A stretch of DNA of 64,000 bases, taken from the sequence record PV231353.1, one strand, 5' to 3'. Positions 1-8,614 of the stretch are shown in pieces (within the stretch, counting starts at the first letter, position 1; every line of letters begins with the position of its first letter). The notes beneath the pieces are model-generated. The model did no database searches and was not told where the DNA came from. It was given only the letters and a program-made list of their open reading frames with translations. Made by a program: the position numbers and the translations under genes.

Positions 1-1
1 C

Positions 2-3000
2 GAGTTCCGCGCCACCCTCGGCGCGGCGCGTTATGTCAAGCCGTTCACCCCGGCGTCGTTCGCGGCGACGTCCCCGGCGGTTCCGACGTTGACGTCCACC
101 GTCCAGGCCCCGCAGGGCTCGTCGGGTAACGCAGCCAACAACACCGCTACGAATTATATCGCCGGACGCGGCGTCGGCGCCCAGACGCGTCTCACGGCGG
201 GCACCGCTCCGTCGGGCGGCGACGGTCAGATCAGTTATTTCATCGCCACCTCCACGGTCTCGGCGTCCGGGCCGATCGGCACGGTCACGGTCTCGGGCCT
301 GACCGACGCCGCCGCCGGCGCCTTCTACCCCCTCCCGCCCGTGGGCTCGGTCGTCGTCGAGCCCTATACGGGCGCGCGCGTCAACTACGAGGTCACCGAG
401 CCCGGCGGCGCGCGGATCAAGGTCGAGATGTGGGGCGGCGGCGGCGGCGGCAGTTCGGCCAATAACACCCTGACCACCAACGGCGGCGGCGGCGGCGGGT
501 ACACCGTCATCGAACTCGATCTCGTCCAGGGCGACCGGATCACCGTCCAGACGCCGTCGGGCGGCGCGGGCGGCGTCAACGCCGGCAGTGGTTCGGCGAT
601 CAACCTCGGCGGCTACCCCGACGGCGGCGATGGTTATCGTCCGGCCCTCACGGCGCTCAACTGCGGCGGCGGCGGCTCGGCGCGCCTGTGGGCGCAAGGC
701 AATCTGGCGGCGGTCGCCGGCGGCGGCGGCGGCGCGGCCTATGGCGGCGGCGGCTATGACTTCCCTGGCGGCGCGGGCGGCGGCAACCTCGGCGGCCCTG
801 GCGCCTATGACGGCGTCAACGCCACCTTCCCCAATGGCGGCGGCACCCAGATCGCCGGCGGCGTCGGCACGGCCAATGGCTTCAACGGTGCCTCGCTGCA
901 AGGCGGGCATGGCGGTGTCGTTTCGGGCGTCGCCAACAACGGCTGCGGCGGCGGCGGAGGTTATTACGGCGGCGGCGGCGGCGGCGCCTACAAATCTGGC
1001 GGCGGCGGCTCGGGCTACGTCAACACCGGCCTGCCGGGCTACCGCACGGGCTCGACCACGGGTGGCTCTGGCAACCTGCCGGCCGGCATGTCCTCGCCCA
1101 ACTATGTCTCGGGCATCGGCGTCGGCTCGAACGGCAAGGGCGGGGCGTTCACCAACGGCGGCAACGGCCGTATCGTCATCTCGGTCATCACCCCGACCCC
1201 CGGCAATGCCTCAGGTACGATCGGCACTGTTGACGTCTCGGGCCTGGACAACTTCGGCCTGCTGATTGGTGTCCCGACGGGTGACATCGGGACGATCGAT
1301 GTCGTCGTTCCGGTGGGGCAGTCGGGCCAGCCGGGCTTTGCCGAAGGTCCGCTGACCACCATTGGCGTGGGTCCGCCGGAAACGATTCCCCAGGCCCAGG
1401 CCGTCGTCATCGTTCCGATCAACGATCAGACCTCGATCCTGATCGAGCCGCCGATCAACGCGCCGCTGGAGGTTCCTGGCGAGGGCATTGGCGAGCTTCC
1501 GACGATCGTCGTCACGGGATTTGAGTCCAGCCTCGAAGCGGGCGCGACTTTCGACGCCACCGATCTCGGGACGATCCTCCTCGTCGCTCCTGAGGCCGAT
1601 GCGGTCGAGATTCCGCCGGTCGAAACCAGCGGCGCCATCGGCACGGTCATCGTCACCGCGCCCGAGGCGTCGACCCAGGTCATTCCGCCGGTGGAGACCA
1701 GCGGCGACATCGGCACCATCACCGTTGTGACGGTGACGGGCGCGGCGTCGTGGAACAACGATGTCTCGACCAGCGGCGACATCGGCACGATCGTCGTCAC
1801 CTCGCCGGAGGCCGATGCCGTTGGCGACGATCTGGCCACGGGGGACCTCGGCACGATCATCGTGACCGCGCCCGAAGGCGTCGCACATCAGGACGCCAAT
1901 GTTTCGAGTGACATCGGCACCATCTCGGTCTATCCGATCGAGGGTGGCCAGCCTGCCGACGTGGTCGGTGATGTTCCTTATATTCAGGTCGTCACGCCGG
2001 GCGCCACGGTCAGTGCCTCGTCGGGCGACGATATCGCGCTCTACGCCGACATCGGCACGATCTATCTTCTGCAAGTCTACGGCCAGGGCTACATCATCTC
2101 GGACGACAACTTCGTCCACGCCCTGCCCGACCCGCTGATCATCAGCATCACGGCCGCACCCGAGGCCTCGGCGCGCGGCGACGTCCACGTCGTCCAGTCG
2201 CTGCCGGTCATTAACGTCGACCCGCCGGTCCCGCTGTCGACGGGCGAGGGCTTTGTTGAAGGTTACACGGGCGACTTCATCATCCTGGTCGACCCGCCGG
2301 TTCCGCTGACGGAACTGAACGCGAACGTCAACGTGGCGATGCCGCCGCCGATCGTCATCAATGGCAATGACGCGGAAACCTCGCTCGACGTCACGATCCC
2401 GTTCAGCGACACGGCGGTGTTCGTCTCCGGTCCCGAAGCCCTGGGCCTGGGCTTCCACGGCGGCGAGATGGGGCCGCCGATCCTGGTCACGCCGCCGGAA
2501 GGCGGGCCTGAGATTTCGGTCGAAATCTTTGTCGACCCCGGCACGATCCTGGTGGAGGCCCCGCGCTTCCACTACATCCCGCCGATCACGGTGCTCCCGC
2601 CCGAAGGGGTGGCGCTGGACGCGCACTCGGCCGAGGCCTCCGGCGATCTGGGCACCATCACCATCGGGGTCCCGACTGGCGGCTATCAAGCCAACGTCGC
2701 CATCAACCTGCCGCTGCCGACGATCTTCGTCAATGTCCCGCAGGTCGTGGTCTTCGCCTCGGTCGCCGTCTCGGGTGATGTCGGGACCATCACGCTCACG
2801 CCGCCTGACGCCACGCTGACGGCGGGCGTCGATGCGTCGTTCGCCCTGCCCGGCCCGATTGTCGTCTCGACGCCCGAAGCCACGGCGACGGCGGGCTCCT
2901 CGGCGGCGACGTCCGGCGCCCTGGGCACGATCACGATCACGCCGCCCGAGGGCTTGGTCTCGACCGGCACGGCAGCGGCGACCTCGGGCGCGATTGGCAC

Positions 3001-4471
3001 GATCGTCGTGTCGCCGTTCGACGGCAGCGTCTTCATCTCCTATCCGGGCAACGCGTCGGGCGCGATCGGCACGATCATCGTCACCCCGCCGGCGGCGAGC
3101 CTCACCCACGGGCACGACCTGTCGATCGCCCTGCCCGGCCCGATTATCATCACCGCGCCTGAGGCTCAACCGCAGGCGGGCGCGACGGTCTCGGGTGATA
3201 TCGGCACGATCATCGTCACCCCGCTCGACGGGCATGCCACCGGCGATACCGTCCTGGCTTCGGGGGATATCGGCACGATCGTCGTCTCCACCCCGGACGG
3301 CGAGGCGACGGGACGTGGTCTGGGCTCGGGTGCGATCGGCACGATCGTCATCACCCCGCCGGCCGCGACCCTGACGGCGGAGGCCAACAAGGCGGTCGCC
3401 CTGCCCGGCCCGATCATCGTCACCCCGCCGACCGGCGTGGGTCAGGTCCCCGCTGCGGCGGCGGGTGATCTGGCGACGATCACGATCACCAGCGTCCCCG
3501 AGGCGACGCTGTCGATCGGCCAGGACATCTCGGGCCAGATCGGAACCATCACGGTCACCCCGCCTGAGGCGTTCCCGCAAGGCTCGGTGTTCGTCGATCC
3601 GACCGACGAGATGGTCGTGCAGCTTCTGCCGCCGCAGGCCATCCTCTTCCAGGAAGCCACGGTCATCGTCGGCTTCCCGACGGTCTACCTGATCGCGCCC
3701 GAGGCCATCACCTATTCGCTGGCCGAGTTCGCCTCGATCACCTTGCTGCCGCCGGACGCCTATGTCGACGTTCCGCTGCCGCTGGGCAAGAACCGCATCC
3801 GCTATCGCCGCAACAACACCGCCGGGCTCGCCCCGACCAGCCTGCGGCCCAACGAAATCGCGCTGAACGAGACCGACGGCCTGCTGTTCACGCGTGACGG
3901 GTCCGGCGCGGTCAAAGCCACGCCGCTGGGCTTCCTGACTGGCGCGGGTGTGCCGCCGCCGGTCACCGACAACGGCAAGGTCCTGTCGGGCGGCCTGTCG
4001 TGGGAAACGCCCAACACCCGCTATCTCCTGCCGGTGCGCAACGCGCCGCCGGCTGGTACGCGCATCGCCCTGGGCGAGGGCGTCGTGGGGGTCTCGACCT
4101 TCACCCCGACGGTCGACGTCGTCTATACGCGGCCGTTCTTCGTGGCCAAGACCATCGACATCCAGGCGCTGTCGGTCGACGTCGTCACCACCGCCGCCGC
4201 CACCGCCGAACTCGGGCTGATCGGCTGGTCCCTGGCCGGCGCGCCCGGCGCGACCCTGGCTCTGGGCACGGTCAGTACGGCGACCACGGGGATCAAGACC
4301 GCGACCGGCACGGCCGTGACCTTGACGCCGGGCTGGTATGCCTCCACCTTCAAGGTCACCGGCGCGGCGGGGGCGGCGTTCCGGGCTCCGACCGCACCGA
4401 CGGCGATCGCGCCGGACCTCACCGTGACGCCGGGCGCCCCGGCGCCGGTCATGGCTGACCTGGAGGCCTAA
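2..4471 (+). CDS. Giant virion structural protein, 5'-partial (LamG-like tail end, Gly-rich region, ~30 'G(D/A)IGTIxVxxP' repeats); head-filament/fibre candidate
   Basis: Frame is open from base 2 (EFRATLGAARYVKPFTP, resembles the end of a LamG/ConA domain), so the track start at 89 is not the true start. Poly-Gly region is followed by many SGDIGTIIVTPPE-type repeats. Confidence 0.85.
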   Translation, partial: EFRATLGAARYVKPFTPASFAATSPAVPTLTSTVQAPQGSSGNAANNTATNYIAGRGVGAQTRLTAGTAPSGGDGQISYFIATSTVSASGPIGTVTVSGLTDAAAGAFYPLPPVGSVVVEPYTGARVNYEVTEPGGARIKVEMWGGGGGGSSANNTLTTNGGGGGGYTVIELDLVQGDRITVQTPSGGAGGVNAGSGSAINLGGYPDGGDGYRPALTALNCGGGGSARLWAQGNLAAVAGGGGGAAYGGGGYDFPGGAGGGNLGGPGAYDGVNATFPNGGGTQIAGGVGTANGFNGASLQGGHGGVVSGVANNGCGGGGGYYGGGGGGAYKSGGGGSGYVNTGLPGYRTGSTTGGSGNLPAGMSSPNYVSGIGVGSNGKGGAFTNGGNGRIVISVITPTPGNASGTIGTVDVSGLDNFGLLIGVPTGDIGTIDVVVPVGQSGQPGFAEGPLTTIGVGPPETIPQAQAVVIVPINDQTSILIEPPINAPLEVPGEGIGELPTIVVTGFESSLEAGATFDATDLGTILLVAPEADAVEIPPVETSGAIGTVIVTAPEASTQVIPPVETSGDIGTITVVTVTGAASWNNDVSTSGDIGTIVVTSPEADAVGDDLATGDLGTIIVTAPEGVAHQDANVSSDIGTISVYPIEGGQPADVVGDVPYIQVVTPGATVSASSGDDIALYADIGTIYLLQVYGQGYIISDDNFVHALPDPLIISITAAPEASARGDVHVVQSLPVINVDPPVPLSTGEGFVEGYTGDFIILVDPPVPLTELNANVNVAMPPPIVINGNDAETSLDVTIPFSDTAVFVSGPEALGLGFHGGEMGPPILVTPPEGGPEISVEIFVDPGTILVEAPRFHYIPPITVLPPEGVALDAHSAEASGDLGTITIGVPTGGYQANVAINLPLPTIFVNVPQVVVFASVAVSGDVGTITLTPPDATLTAGVDASFALPGPIVVSTPEATATAGSSAATSGALGTITITPPEGLVSTGTAAATSGAIGTIVVSPFDGSVFISYPGNASGAIGTIIVTPPAASLTHGHDLSIALPGPIIITAPEAQPQAGATVSGDIGTIIVTPLDGHATGDTVLASGDIGTIVVSTPDGEATGRGLGSGAIGTIVITPPAATLTAEANKAVALPGPIIVTPPTGVGQVPAAAAGDLATITITSVPEATLSIGQDISGQIGTITVTPPEAFPQGSVFVDPTDEMVVQLLPPQAILFQEATVIVGFPTVYLIAPEAITYSLAEFASITLLPPDAYVDVPLPLGKNRIRYRRNNTAGLAPTSLRPNEIALNETDGLLFTRDGSGAVKATPLGFLTGAGVPPPVTDNGKVLSGGLSWETPNTRYLLPVRNAPPAGTRIALGEGVVGVSTFTPTVDVVYTRPFFVAKTIDIQALSVDVVTTAAATAELGLIGWSLAGAPGATLALGTVSTATTGIKTATGTAVTLTPGWYASTFKVTGAAGAAFRAPTAPTAIAPDLTVTPGAPAPVMADLEA

Positions 4472-4474
4472 GAC

Positions 4475-5143
4475 ATGCCGACCAACATCAACATGGCGCC
4501 GGACACCACCCTGCTGGCGGACATCCTGCTCAATGGCGGGGCGGGCGCGCCGGCGGACCTGGAGGACGGCGAACTCTACATCGACGAGGCAGGCCGCACG
4601 CTCTATGTCGAGACCGTGGTCGGCGTCCAGCCTATCCCGCTCGACGTCGGTTATGTCCCGCGCCGCCCCAGCGGCACGCCGCTCGACTACGTGGTCAACA
4701 AGACCGAGACGGGCGCCGAGTGGGGGCCGCTGGACGGCGGTGCGGGCGGCTCGCCGTTCGATGCGGCCGAGTTCCGCGTCCCCGGTTTGGCCCCCACGGG
4801 CCTGGACACGGTCGTCATGCCCGGCGCCTCCGGAGGCCTGGGCCTGTTCGAGATGCCGATCCAGGACGTGCTCCTGAGCATCCGCGTACACGCCTCGGCG
4901 GGCGCGGGGTCCGTGACCGTGGCGCTCTATCCGTACAACGGCTCGCTCGGCTCGCTGATCTTCACCCAGACCCTGACCTTCGCCGCCCCCGAGGCCCAGG
5001 TCGTGCCCGTGTCCCAGCCCCTGACGCCGGGCGTCTACGCCTGGGTCTGGACCGGGACCGACGGCCTGACTCTCGACGCGATCAAGGGCTCGCTCCCGTG
5101 GGCGACGCGCGAGCAAACCCATCCCGTGGCGATGAAGTTCTAA
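4475..5143 (+). CDS. Putative virion structural protein, paralogous to the C-terminus of the upstream giant protein
   Basis: 222-aa ORF starting 3 nt after the upstream stop; carries PADLEDGELYID and LTPGVY motifs. Confidence 0.85.
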   Translation: MPTNINMAPDTTLLADILLNGGAGAPADLEDGELYIDEAGRTLYVETVVGVQPIPLDVGYVPRRPSGTPLDYVVNKTETGAEWGPLDGGAGGSPFDAAEFRVPGLAPTGLDTVVMPGASGGLGLFEMPIQDVLLSIRVHASAGAGSVTVALYPYNGSLGSLIFTQTLTFAAPEAQVVPVSQPLTPGVYAWVWTGTDGLTLDAIKGSLPWATREQTHPVAMKF

Positions 5144-5145
5144 CG

Positions 5146-5922
5146 ATGGCGATCCAGAACCCCCATTCCACCACGCCCGGCACCATGCCGCACCTGACGC
5201 CCGGCGAGGTCGGCGTCAACAAGGCCGACGACATTCTCTGGTTCCGCTCCCAGGGCCGGCGCGTGCCGATCATCCTGAGCGACCTCACCCGCGCCCCGCC
5301 GGCGGACGGCTATGTGGGCGCGCCCCTGGCCCTGGAGGGCGGCGCGCCGGTCTGGAACGTCAAGCTCTTGCCGTCCTCGATTGTCGCCGGCGCGGTCAAG
5401 GTCGACCTGCCGCCCGCCGCCGGCCTGCACGCCATGCCCAGCGTCCTGCTCCAAGGCCTGGGAACCGACCGCGTCCTGGCGGCCAACGACCTGGACCTCA
5501 CCCCCTTCTATGTCCGCTCCGACTCCATCACCCTGACCCATTTGGCGTTCAGCGTCCGCTCGGCTGGCGCGCCGGCCATGCGCGTGGGGATCGTCGACAG
5601 CTTCGGCGTCGTCCAGGCCGACATCTTGGTCGCCGCGCCGGTCGTGGGCGCCAATGTCGTGGCTCTCTCGCCGGTCCTGACCCTTCAACGCGGCGTCTAC
5701 CGCACCATCCTGGCGACGACCGGGGCGGTGACCGTGGGAATCGCCACGGGCGCGCGCATGGAGCAGGGCTGGGACATCATCGCCGACGCCCCGTCGTTCA
5801 TCCGGGGCTACAGTGGCAGCAAGAACACCGGCGGCGGTATCGGGAGCCTGCCGACGCTCACCCCGCGCCGCGACCCCGCGCCGGGCCAGGATCACGCCGT
5901 CCTCTTGCGCTGGACGGCGTGA
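5146..5922 (+). CDS. Putative virion structural protein (third paralogue)
   Basis: ATG at 5146, 2 nt after the previous TAA, inside track ORF 4720..5922; carries PHLTPGEVGVN and LQRGVY motifs. Confidence 0.85.
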   Translation: MAIQNPHSTTPGTMPHLTPGEVGVNKADDILWFRSQGRRVPIILSDLTRAPPADGYVGAPLALEGGAPVWNVKLLPSSIVAGAVKVDLPPAAGLHAMPSVLLQGLGTDRVLAANDLDLTPFYVRSDSITLTHLAFSVRSAGAPAMRVGIVDSFGVVQADILVAAPVVGANVVALSPVLTLQRGVYRTILATTGAVTVGIATGARMEQGWDIIADAPSFIRGYSGSKNTGGGIGSLPTLTPRRDPAPGQDHAVLLRWTA

Positions 5923-5953
5923 ATCTTGACACTTGATCCAAATGCGGTTAACC
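5918..5953 (+). promoter_or_regulatory. Promoter with (GT)CGTGAATCTTGAC motif
   Basis: CGTGAATCTTGACA-N15-GTTAAC upstream of the 5985 ORF and the tRNAs. Confidence 0.7.
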
Positions 5954-5984
5954 TGCGCGCTCATCTGGAGTTTCGAGCGCCATC

Positions 5985-6250
5985 ATGGCCGAGCTTGTCC
6001 GCATCTATCACCCCGAGACGAACGAGCCGTTCGACGTGATCCCGTCGACCGCCGAACGTCTGCGCCTGGGTCAAGGTCTGGACGGTCTGGTGTGGCTCTC
6101 GCAGCCCTTCTCCCGCGCCGCTGCCGAAGAGCCGGCGCCGGAAGCCCCAAGGGGCGAGGTCGTAAGCGCGTCGCCGCGCCCGTCTCGGACGAAGCCGAAG
6201 ACGATGGCTGGCGTGACGCGCCGACCGAGGACGCTTCCGAAGCCGCGTAA
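5985..6250 (+). CDS. Hypothetical protein, probably 88 aa with a 1-nt deletion at the C-run 6145-6148
   Basis: Track ORF is 5985..6275. Restoring one C joins it to the frame ending ...KGRGRKRVAAPVSDEAEDDGWRDAPTEDASEAA* at 6250, which has more typical codon use. Confidence 0.7.
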
Positions 6251-6294
6251 GGCGCTTCCCCGTCCACTCTGCTGAAATTCGGTCTCAGTCCCAT

Positions 6295-6370
6295 GTCGGT
6301 CTAGCTCATGGGGTAGAGCGGCGGTCTCCAAAACCGCGCGTGGCAGGTTCGAGTCCTGCGACCGGCGCCA
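6295..6370 (+). tRNA. tRNA-Trp(CCA)
   Basis: Cloverleaf; GCGGT-CTCCAAA-ACCGC; TTCGAGT T-loop; encoded CCA. Confidence 0.95.
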
Positions 6371-6375
6371 TTTCC

Positions 6376-6450
6376 GCGTCCATCGTATATGGGTTATTGC
6401 TTCGCGTTGCCAACGCGACGAACCGGGTTCGAGTCCCGGTGGACGCTCCA
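6376..6450 (+). tRNA. tRNA-Gly(GCC)
   Basis: TCGCG-TTGCCAA-CGCGA; acceptor GCGTCCA/TGGACGC; CCA. Confidence 0.93.
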
Positions 6451-6456
6451 ATCCAG

Positions 6457-6530
6457 GCGGATATAGCTCAAAGGGAGAGCTACTGCCTTCCAAGCAGAAG
6501 ATGCGGGTTCGAGCCCCGCTATCCGCTCCA
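6457..6530 (+). tRNA. tRNA-Gly(TCC)
   Basis: CTGC-CTTCCAA-GCAG; acceptor GCGGATA/TATCCGC; CCA. Confidence 0.95.
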
Positions 6531-6542
6531 AATTTTTCTTCC

Positions 6543-6580
6543 ATGACAAGCTTGACAGCCGTCGAGTTTTGTGAGAGCCT
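6543..6580 (+). promoter_or_regulatory. Promoter class 2 (GCTTGACA-N13-GTGAGAGCCT), copy 1
   Basis: Near-identical layout to 7340-7377. Confidence 0.6.
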
Positions 6581-6589
6581 TCAACCACT

Positions 6590-6652
6590 ATGACGCACCT
6601 CCTGACCCGTTACGAACGCGAGGCCACCGGCCTCGATACCACCACCGCCTAA
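6590..6652 (+). CDS. Micro-ORF MTHLLTRYEREATGLDTTTA (possible leader peptide)
   Basis: ATG directly after the promoter; stop followed by a hairpin with a T-run, then tRNA-Glu. Confidence 0.35.
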   Translation: MTHLLTRYEREATGLDTTTA

Positions 6653-6686
6653 AAGCGGTTCTGGTAACCGAGGCCTTTTGTCATGT

Positions 6687-6764
6687 GGCCCGGTCGTCTA
6701 GCGGTTTGCAGGATTCGTGACTTTCAATCACGAGAGCGGAGTTCGAGTCTCCGTCGGGCCTCCA
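6687..6764 (+). tRNA. tRNA-Glu(TTC)
   Basis: TCGTGA-CTTTCAA-TCACGA; CCA. Confidence 0.93.
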
Positions 6765-6786
6765 CCCCAAAGTCTCCTCTGAGCTT

Positions 6787-6861
6787 GGTGCGTTCGTATA
6801 TCGGTCAATACTCCGGATTGTCGATCCGGCAAGAGGGGTTCGATTCCCCTACGCACCGCCA
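6787..6861 (+). tRNA. tRNA-Asp(GTC)
   Basis: CCGGA-TTGTCGA-TCCGG; acceptor GGTGCGT/ACGCACC; CCA. Confidence 0.95.
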
Positions 6862-6873
6862 GGGCTCCTCCCT

Positions 6874-7032
6874 ATGCCTCTTCAGTCGGGTTCGAGCGAC
6901 GCCGTCGTCTCGCACAACATCGCCAAGCTGATCGACGAAGGCTACTCCAAGGAGCAGGCCGTGGCGATCGCTCTGTCCCAGGCGCGCAAGCCGCGCCGTC
7001 CGAAGGTCTCGCGCGGCTCGCGCCGGCGCTGA
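6874..7032 (+). CDS. Small basic protein [42 protein letters not shown]... (52 aa, below the track cutoff)
   Basis: Resembles the widespread small phage family 'MPLKxGxSxxxISxNI...QAVAIALxxAR' (recognised from memory, not searched). Confidence 0.8.
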   Translation: MPLQSGSSDAVVSHNIAKLIDEGYSKEQAVAIALSQARKPRRPKVSRGSRRR

Positions 7033-7103
7033 TCTCGCCTCGCTAAAGCACCCCCAGGTTCCCGGCCTCGTCGTGAGGCCGCCTGCGGTCGCGCGAGGCT
7101 TCC

Positions 7104-7328
7104 ATGACCTTTCTTGATCTTCGTTCGCAGTCGAGCGCCGCGCTCCTGCGCCATGTGTCTTCCCGATCCCCGATGGCGGAAGCGGCTCGCACCGAGTTGC
7201 TGACCCGAGGCCTCGTCCCGCTCCTCACGCGGCACAACGGCTGGCGCCTCGCCCCGAGCGAGCCCTTTCCGCAGCATCTCATCCCGCGCCCCGATCCGCT
7301 CGCGAGGTTCACGTGGCGGGCGGGATGA
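7104..7328 (+). CDS. Hypothetical protein
   Basis: 74-aa ORF in the gap between the small basic protein and the next promoter. Confidence 0.5.
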   Translation: MTFLDLRSQSSAALLRHVSSRSPMAEAARTELLTRGLVPLLTRHNGWRLAPSEPFPQHLIPRPDPLARFTWRAG

Positions 7329-7339
7329 AGATTTTTCTC

Positions 7340-7377
7340 ACGACATGCTTGACATCCGTTTGAAGTTGTGAGAGCCT
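7340..7377 (+). promoter_or_regulatory. Promoter class 2 (GCTTGACA-N13-GTGAGAGCCT), copy 2
   Basis: CACGACATGCTTGACATCCGTTTGAAGTTGTGAGAGCCT. Confidence 0.6.
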
Positions 7378-7470
7378 ACCCAACGTCACGGATCACGACA
7401 CTCTTCGGAGTGCAAAAGCGTGGTCCTTCGTCTTCCCAGGCCGCCAGCGGGCGGCCGTTCGAGAGTCATC

Positions 7471-7608
7471 ATGTTCGCCTTGTCGCATAACAGCCTGAGC
7501 CTGAAAGCCGCCTCCCCGGCGACGCTTTCGCTTGCGCTGTCTCCGACGGCCGCGACGCCCTCGACCAAGCCGACCCACTCGGCCTCGCACTCGACGGATC
7601 ACCTCTAG
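7471..7608 (+). CDS. Ser/Ala/Thr-rich micro-ORF (45 aa), possible leader peptide
   Basis: ATG at 7471 within track ORF 7420..7608; lies between a promoter and a terminator. Confidence 0.35.
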   Translation: MFALSHNSLSLKAASPATLSLALSPTAATPSTKPTHSASHSTDHL

Positions 7609-7673
7609 GGTATCTCGTCTCGGGTGCAGGCCTTGGAGCCGCACCCGCTACCTACATCCTGTAGACCTAGCGC

Positions 7674-7710
7674 AAGGCGGCTCCCAGCAAGGAGACCGCC
7701 TTTTCTTTTT
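7674..7710 (+). terminator. Intrinsic terminator upstream of the Pro tRNAs
   Basis: AAGGCGG-CTCC-cagcaa-GGAG-a-CCGCC followed by TTTTCTTTTT. Confidence 0.7.
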
Positions 7711-7722
7711 CGCGTTGATCAT

Positions 7723-7798
7723 CGGGGTGTAGCTCAGTCGGTAGAGCGCTCGGTTCGGGACCGAGAGGCCGTGGGTTCGAGTCCCGCCACCCAGACCA
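7723..7798 (+). tRNA. tRNA-Pro(CGG)
   Basis: CTCGG-TTCGGGA-CCGAG; CCA. Confidence 0.95.
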
Positions 7799-7805
7799 AC
7801 GCCAT

Positions 7806-7880
7806 CGGGATGTAGCTCAGCGGTAGAGCGCGCGGCTGGGGGCCGCGAGGCCGCAGGTTCGAGACCTGCCACCCCGACCA
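7806..7880 (+). tRNA. tRNA-Pro(GGG)
   Basis: CGCGG-CTGGGGG-CCGCG; CCA. Confidence 0.93.
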
Positions 7881-7885
7881 ACAAT

Positions 7886-7958
7886 GCTGCTGCGCCTGGA
7901 TCGGCGCCGGCCCCTTGGTATGGGGAAGTAGAAGGTTCAATTCCTTCCGGCAGCACCA
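7886..7958 (+). tRNA. tRNA-Thr(GGT), atypical D arm
   Basis: Acceptor GCTGCTG/CGGCAGC, CCCC-TTGGTAT-GGGG, GAAGG-TTCAATT-CCTTC, CCA. Confidence 0.75.
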
Positions 7959-7963
7959 ACAAC

Positions 7964-8033
7964 GCCGATGCCTCTAGGAGGACACGTCTTTCGTAATGAC
8001 GTCAGGTGGGTGCGATCCCCACTTTCGGCTCCA
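7964..8033 (+). tRNA. Degenerate tRNA-like element, probable Thr(CGT)
   Basis: GCCGA/TCGGC acceptor plus TCCA; ACGTC-tTTCGTAAt-GACGT; T-loop TGCGATC; truncated D arm. Confidence 0.55.
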
Positions 8034-8070
8034 TCAAGATGATCGAGGAGAGATCGTAGACGAAACAAAT

Positions 8071-8157
8071 GGATGTGTCACCTCAGTGGCGAGAGGACCG
8101 GGCTCTTAATCCGGCAGCGAAAGCTCATCGTGGGTTCGAGTCCCACCACATCCTCCA
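8071..8157 (+). tRNA. tRNA-Lys(CTT) with long variable arm
   Basis: CCGGG-CTCTTAA-TCCGG; V-arm AGC-GAAA-GCT; U73; CCA. Confidence 0.9.
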
Positions 8158-8163
8158 AACTAT

Positions 8164-8254
8164 GCACGAGTGACCCGAGTGGCGAAGGGCGTCGACTTTT
8201 AATCGACTAGGCGTCCGCGCCTCACCGAGGGTTCGAGTCCCTCCTCGTGCTCCA
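8164..8254 (+). tRNA. tRNA-Lys(TTT) with long variable arm
   Basis: GTCGA-CTTTTAA-TCGAC; V-arm AGGCG-TCCG-CGCCT; U73; CCA. Confidence 0.9.
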
Positions 8255-8260
8255 GGTTGT

Positions 8261-8344
8261 GCGAAAGTGGCGGAACGGCAGACGCACTGGTCTCAGGTAC
8301 CAGCGACTTCGGTCATGAGGGTTCGAGTCCCTCCTTTCGTACCA
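8261..8344 (+). tRNA. tRNA-Leu(CAG)
   Basis: CTGGT-CTCAGGT-ACCAG; type II; CCA. Confidence 0.93.
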
Positions 8345-8351
8345 ACGACAT

Positions 8352-8436
8352 GCCGGTCTGGCGGAAATGGCAGACGCAGTGGCTTCAAGTCCCACCGCCT
8401 TCGGGCGTCCCGGTTCGAGGCCGGGGACCGGCACCA
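8352..8436 (+). tRNA. tRNA-Leu(CAA)
   Basis: GTGG(c)-TTCAAGT-(c)CCAC; type II; CCA. Confidence 0.9.
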
Positions 8437-8441
8437 TTTGA

Positions 8442-8530
8442 TGCGAAGTGGCGGAACTTTGGTAGACGCACCGGCATGAGAGGCCGGCGCCCTTCGGGGC
8501 GTGAGGGTTCGAGTCCCTTCTTCGCGACCA
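8442..8530 (+). tRNA. tRNA-Leu(GAG)
   Basis: CCGGC-ATGAGAG-GCCGG; type II; CCA. Confidence 0.9.
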
Positions 8531-8537
8531 ATATCAT

Positions 8538-8609
8538 GCCGGACGGCGCAGGCGCGCGGGGGAGGTTGTGTCCCTCCTTGGCTCCGATCGTTACGGAGGT
8601 TCGGTTCCA
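8538..8609 (+). tRNA. Non-canonical tRNA-His(GTG)-like
   Basis: Acceptor GCCGGAC/GTTCGGT (G1:U72), GGAGG-TTGTGTC-CCTCC, T arm CTCCG-ATCGTTA-CGGAG, TCCA. Confidence 0.6.
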
Positions 8610-8614
8610 GTTAC

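Noticed and set aside
430-1020. GGC trinucleotide microsatellites
   Set aside because: They encode poly-Gly in the structural protein.
1211-5122. 1303-aa - strand ORF and similar long antisense ORFs (14731-17166, 17693-22507, 26356-30750, 30093-35204, 42163-44796, 52637-54892)
   Set aside because: Antisense shadows of real genes in high-GC DNA; Arg/Gly/Asp-rich with no recognisable motifs.
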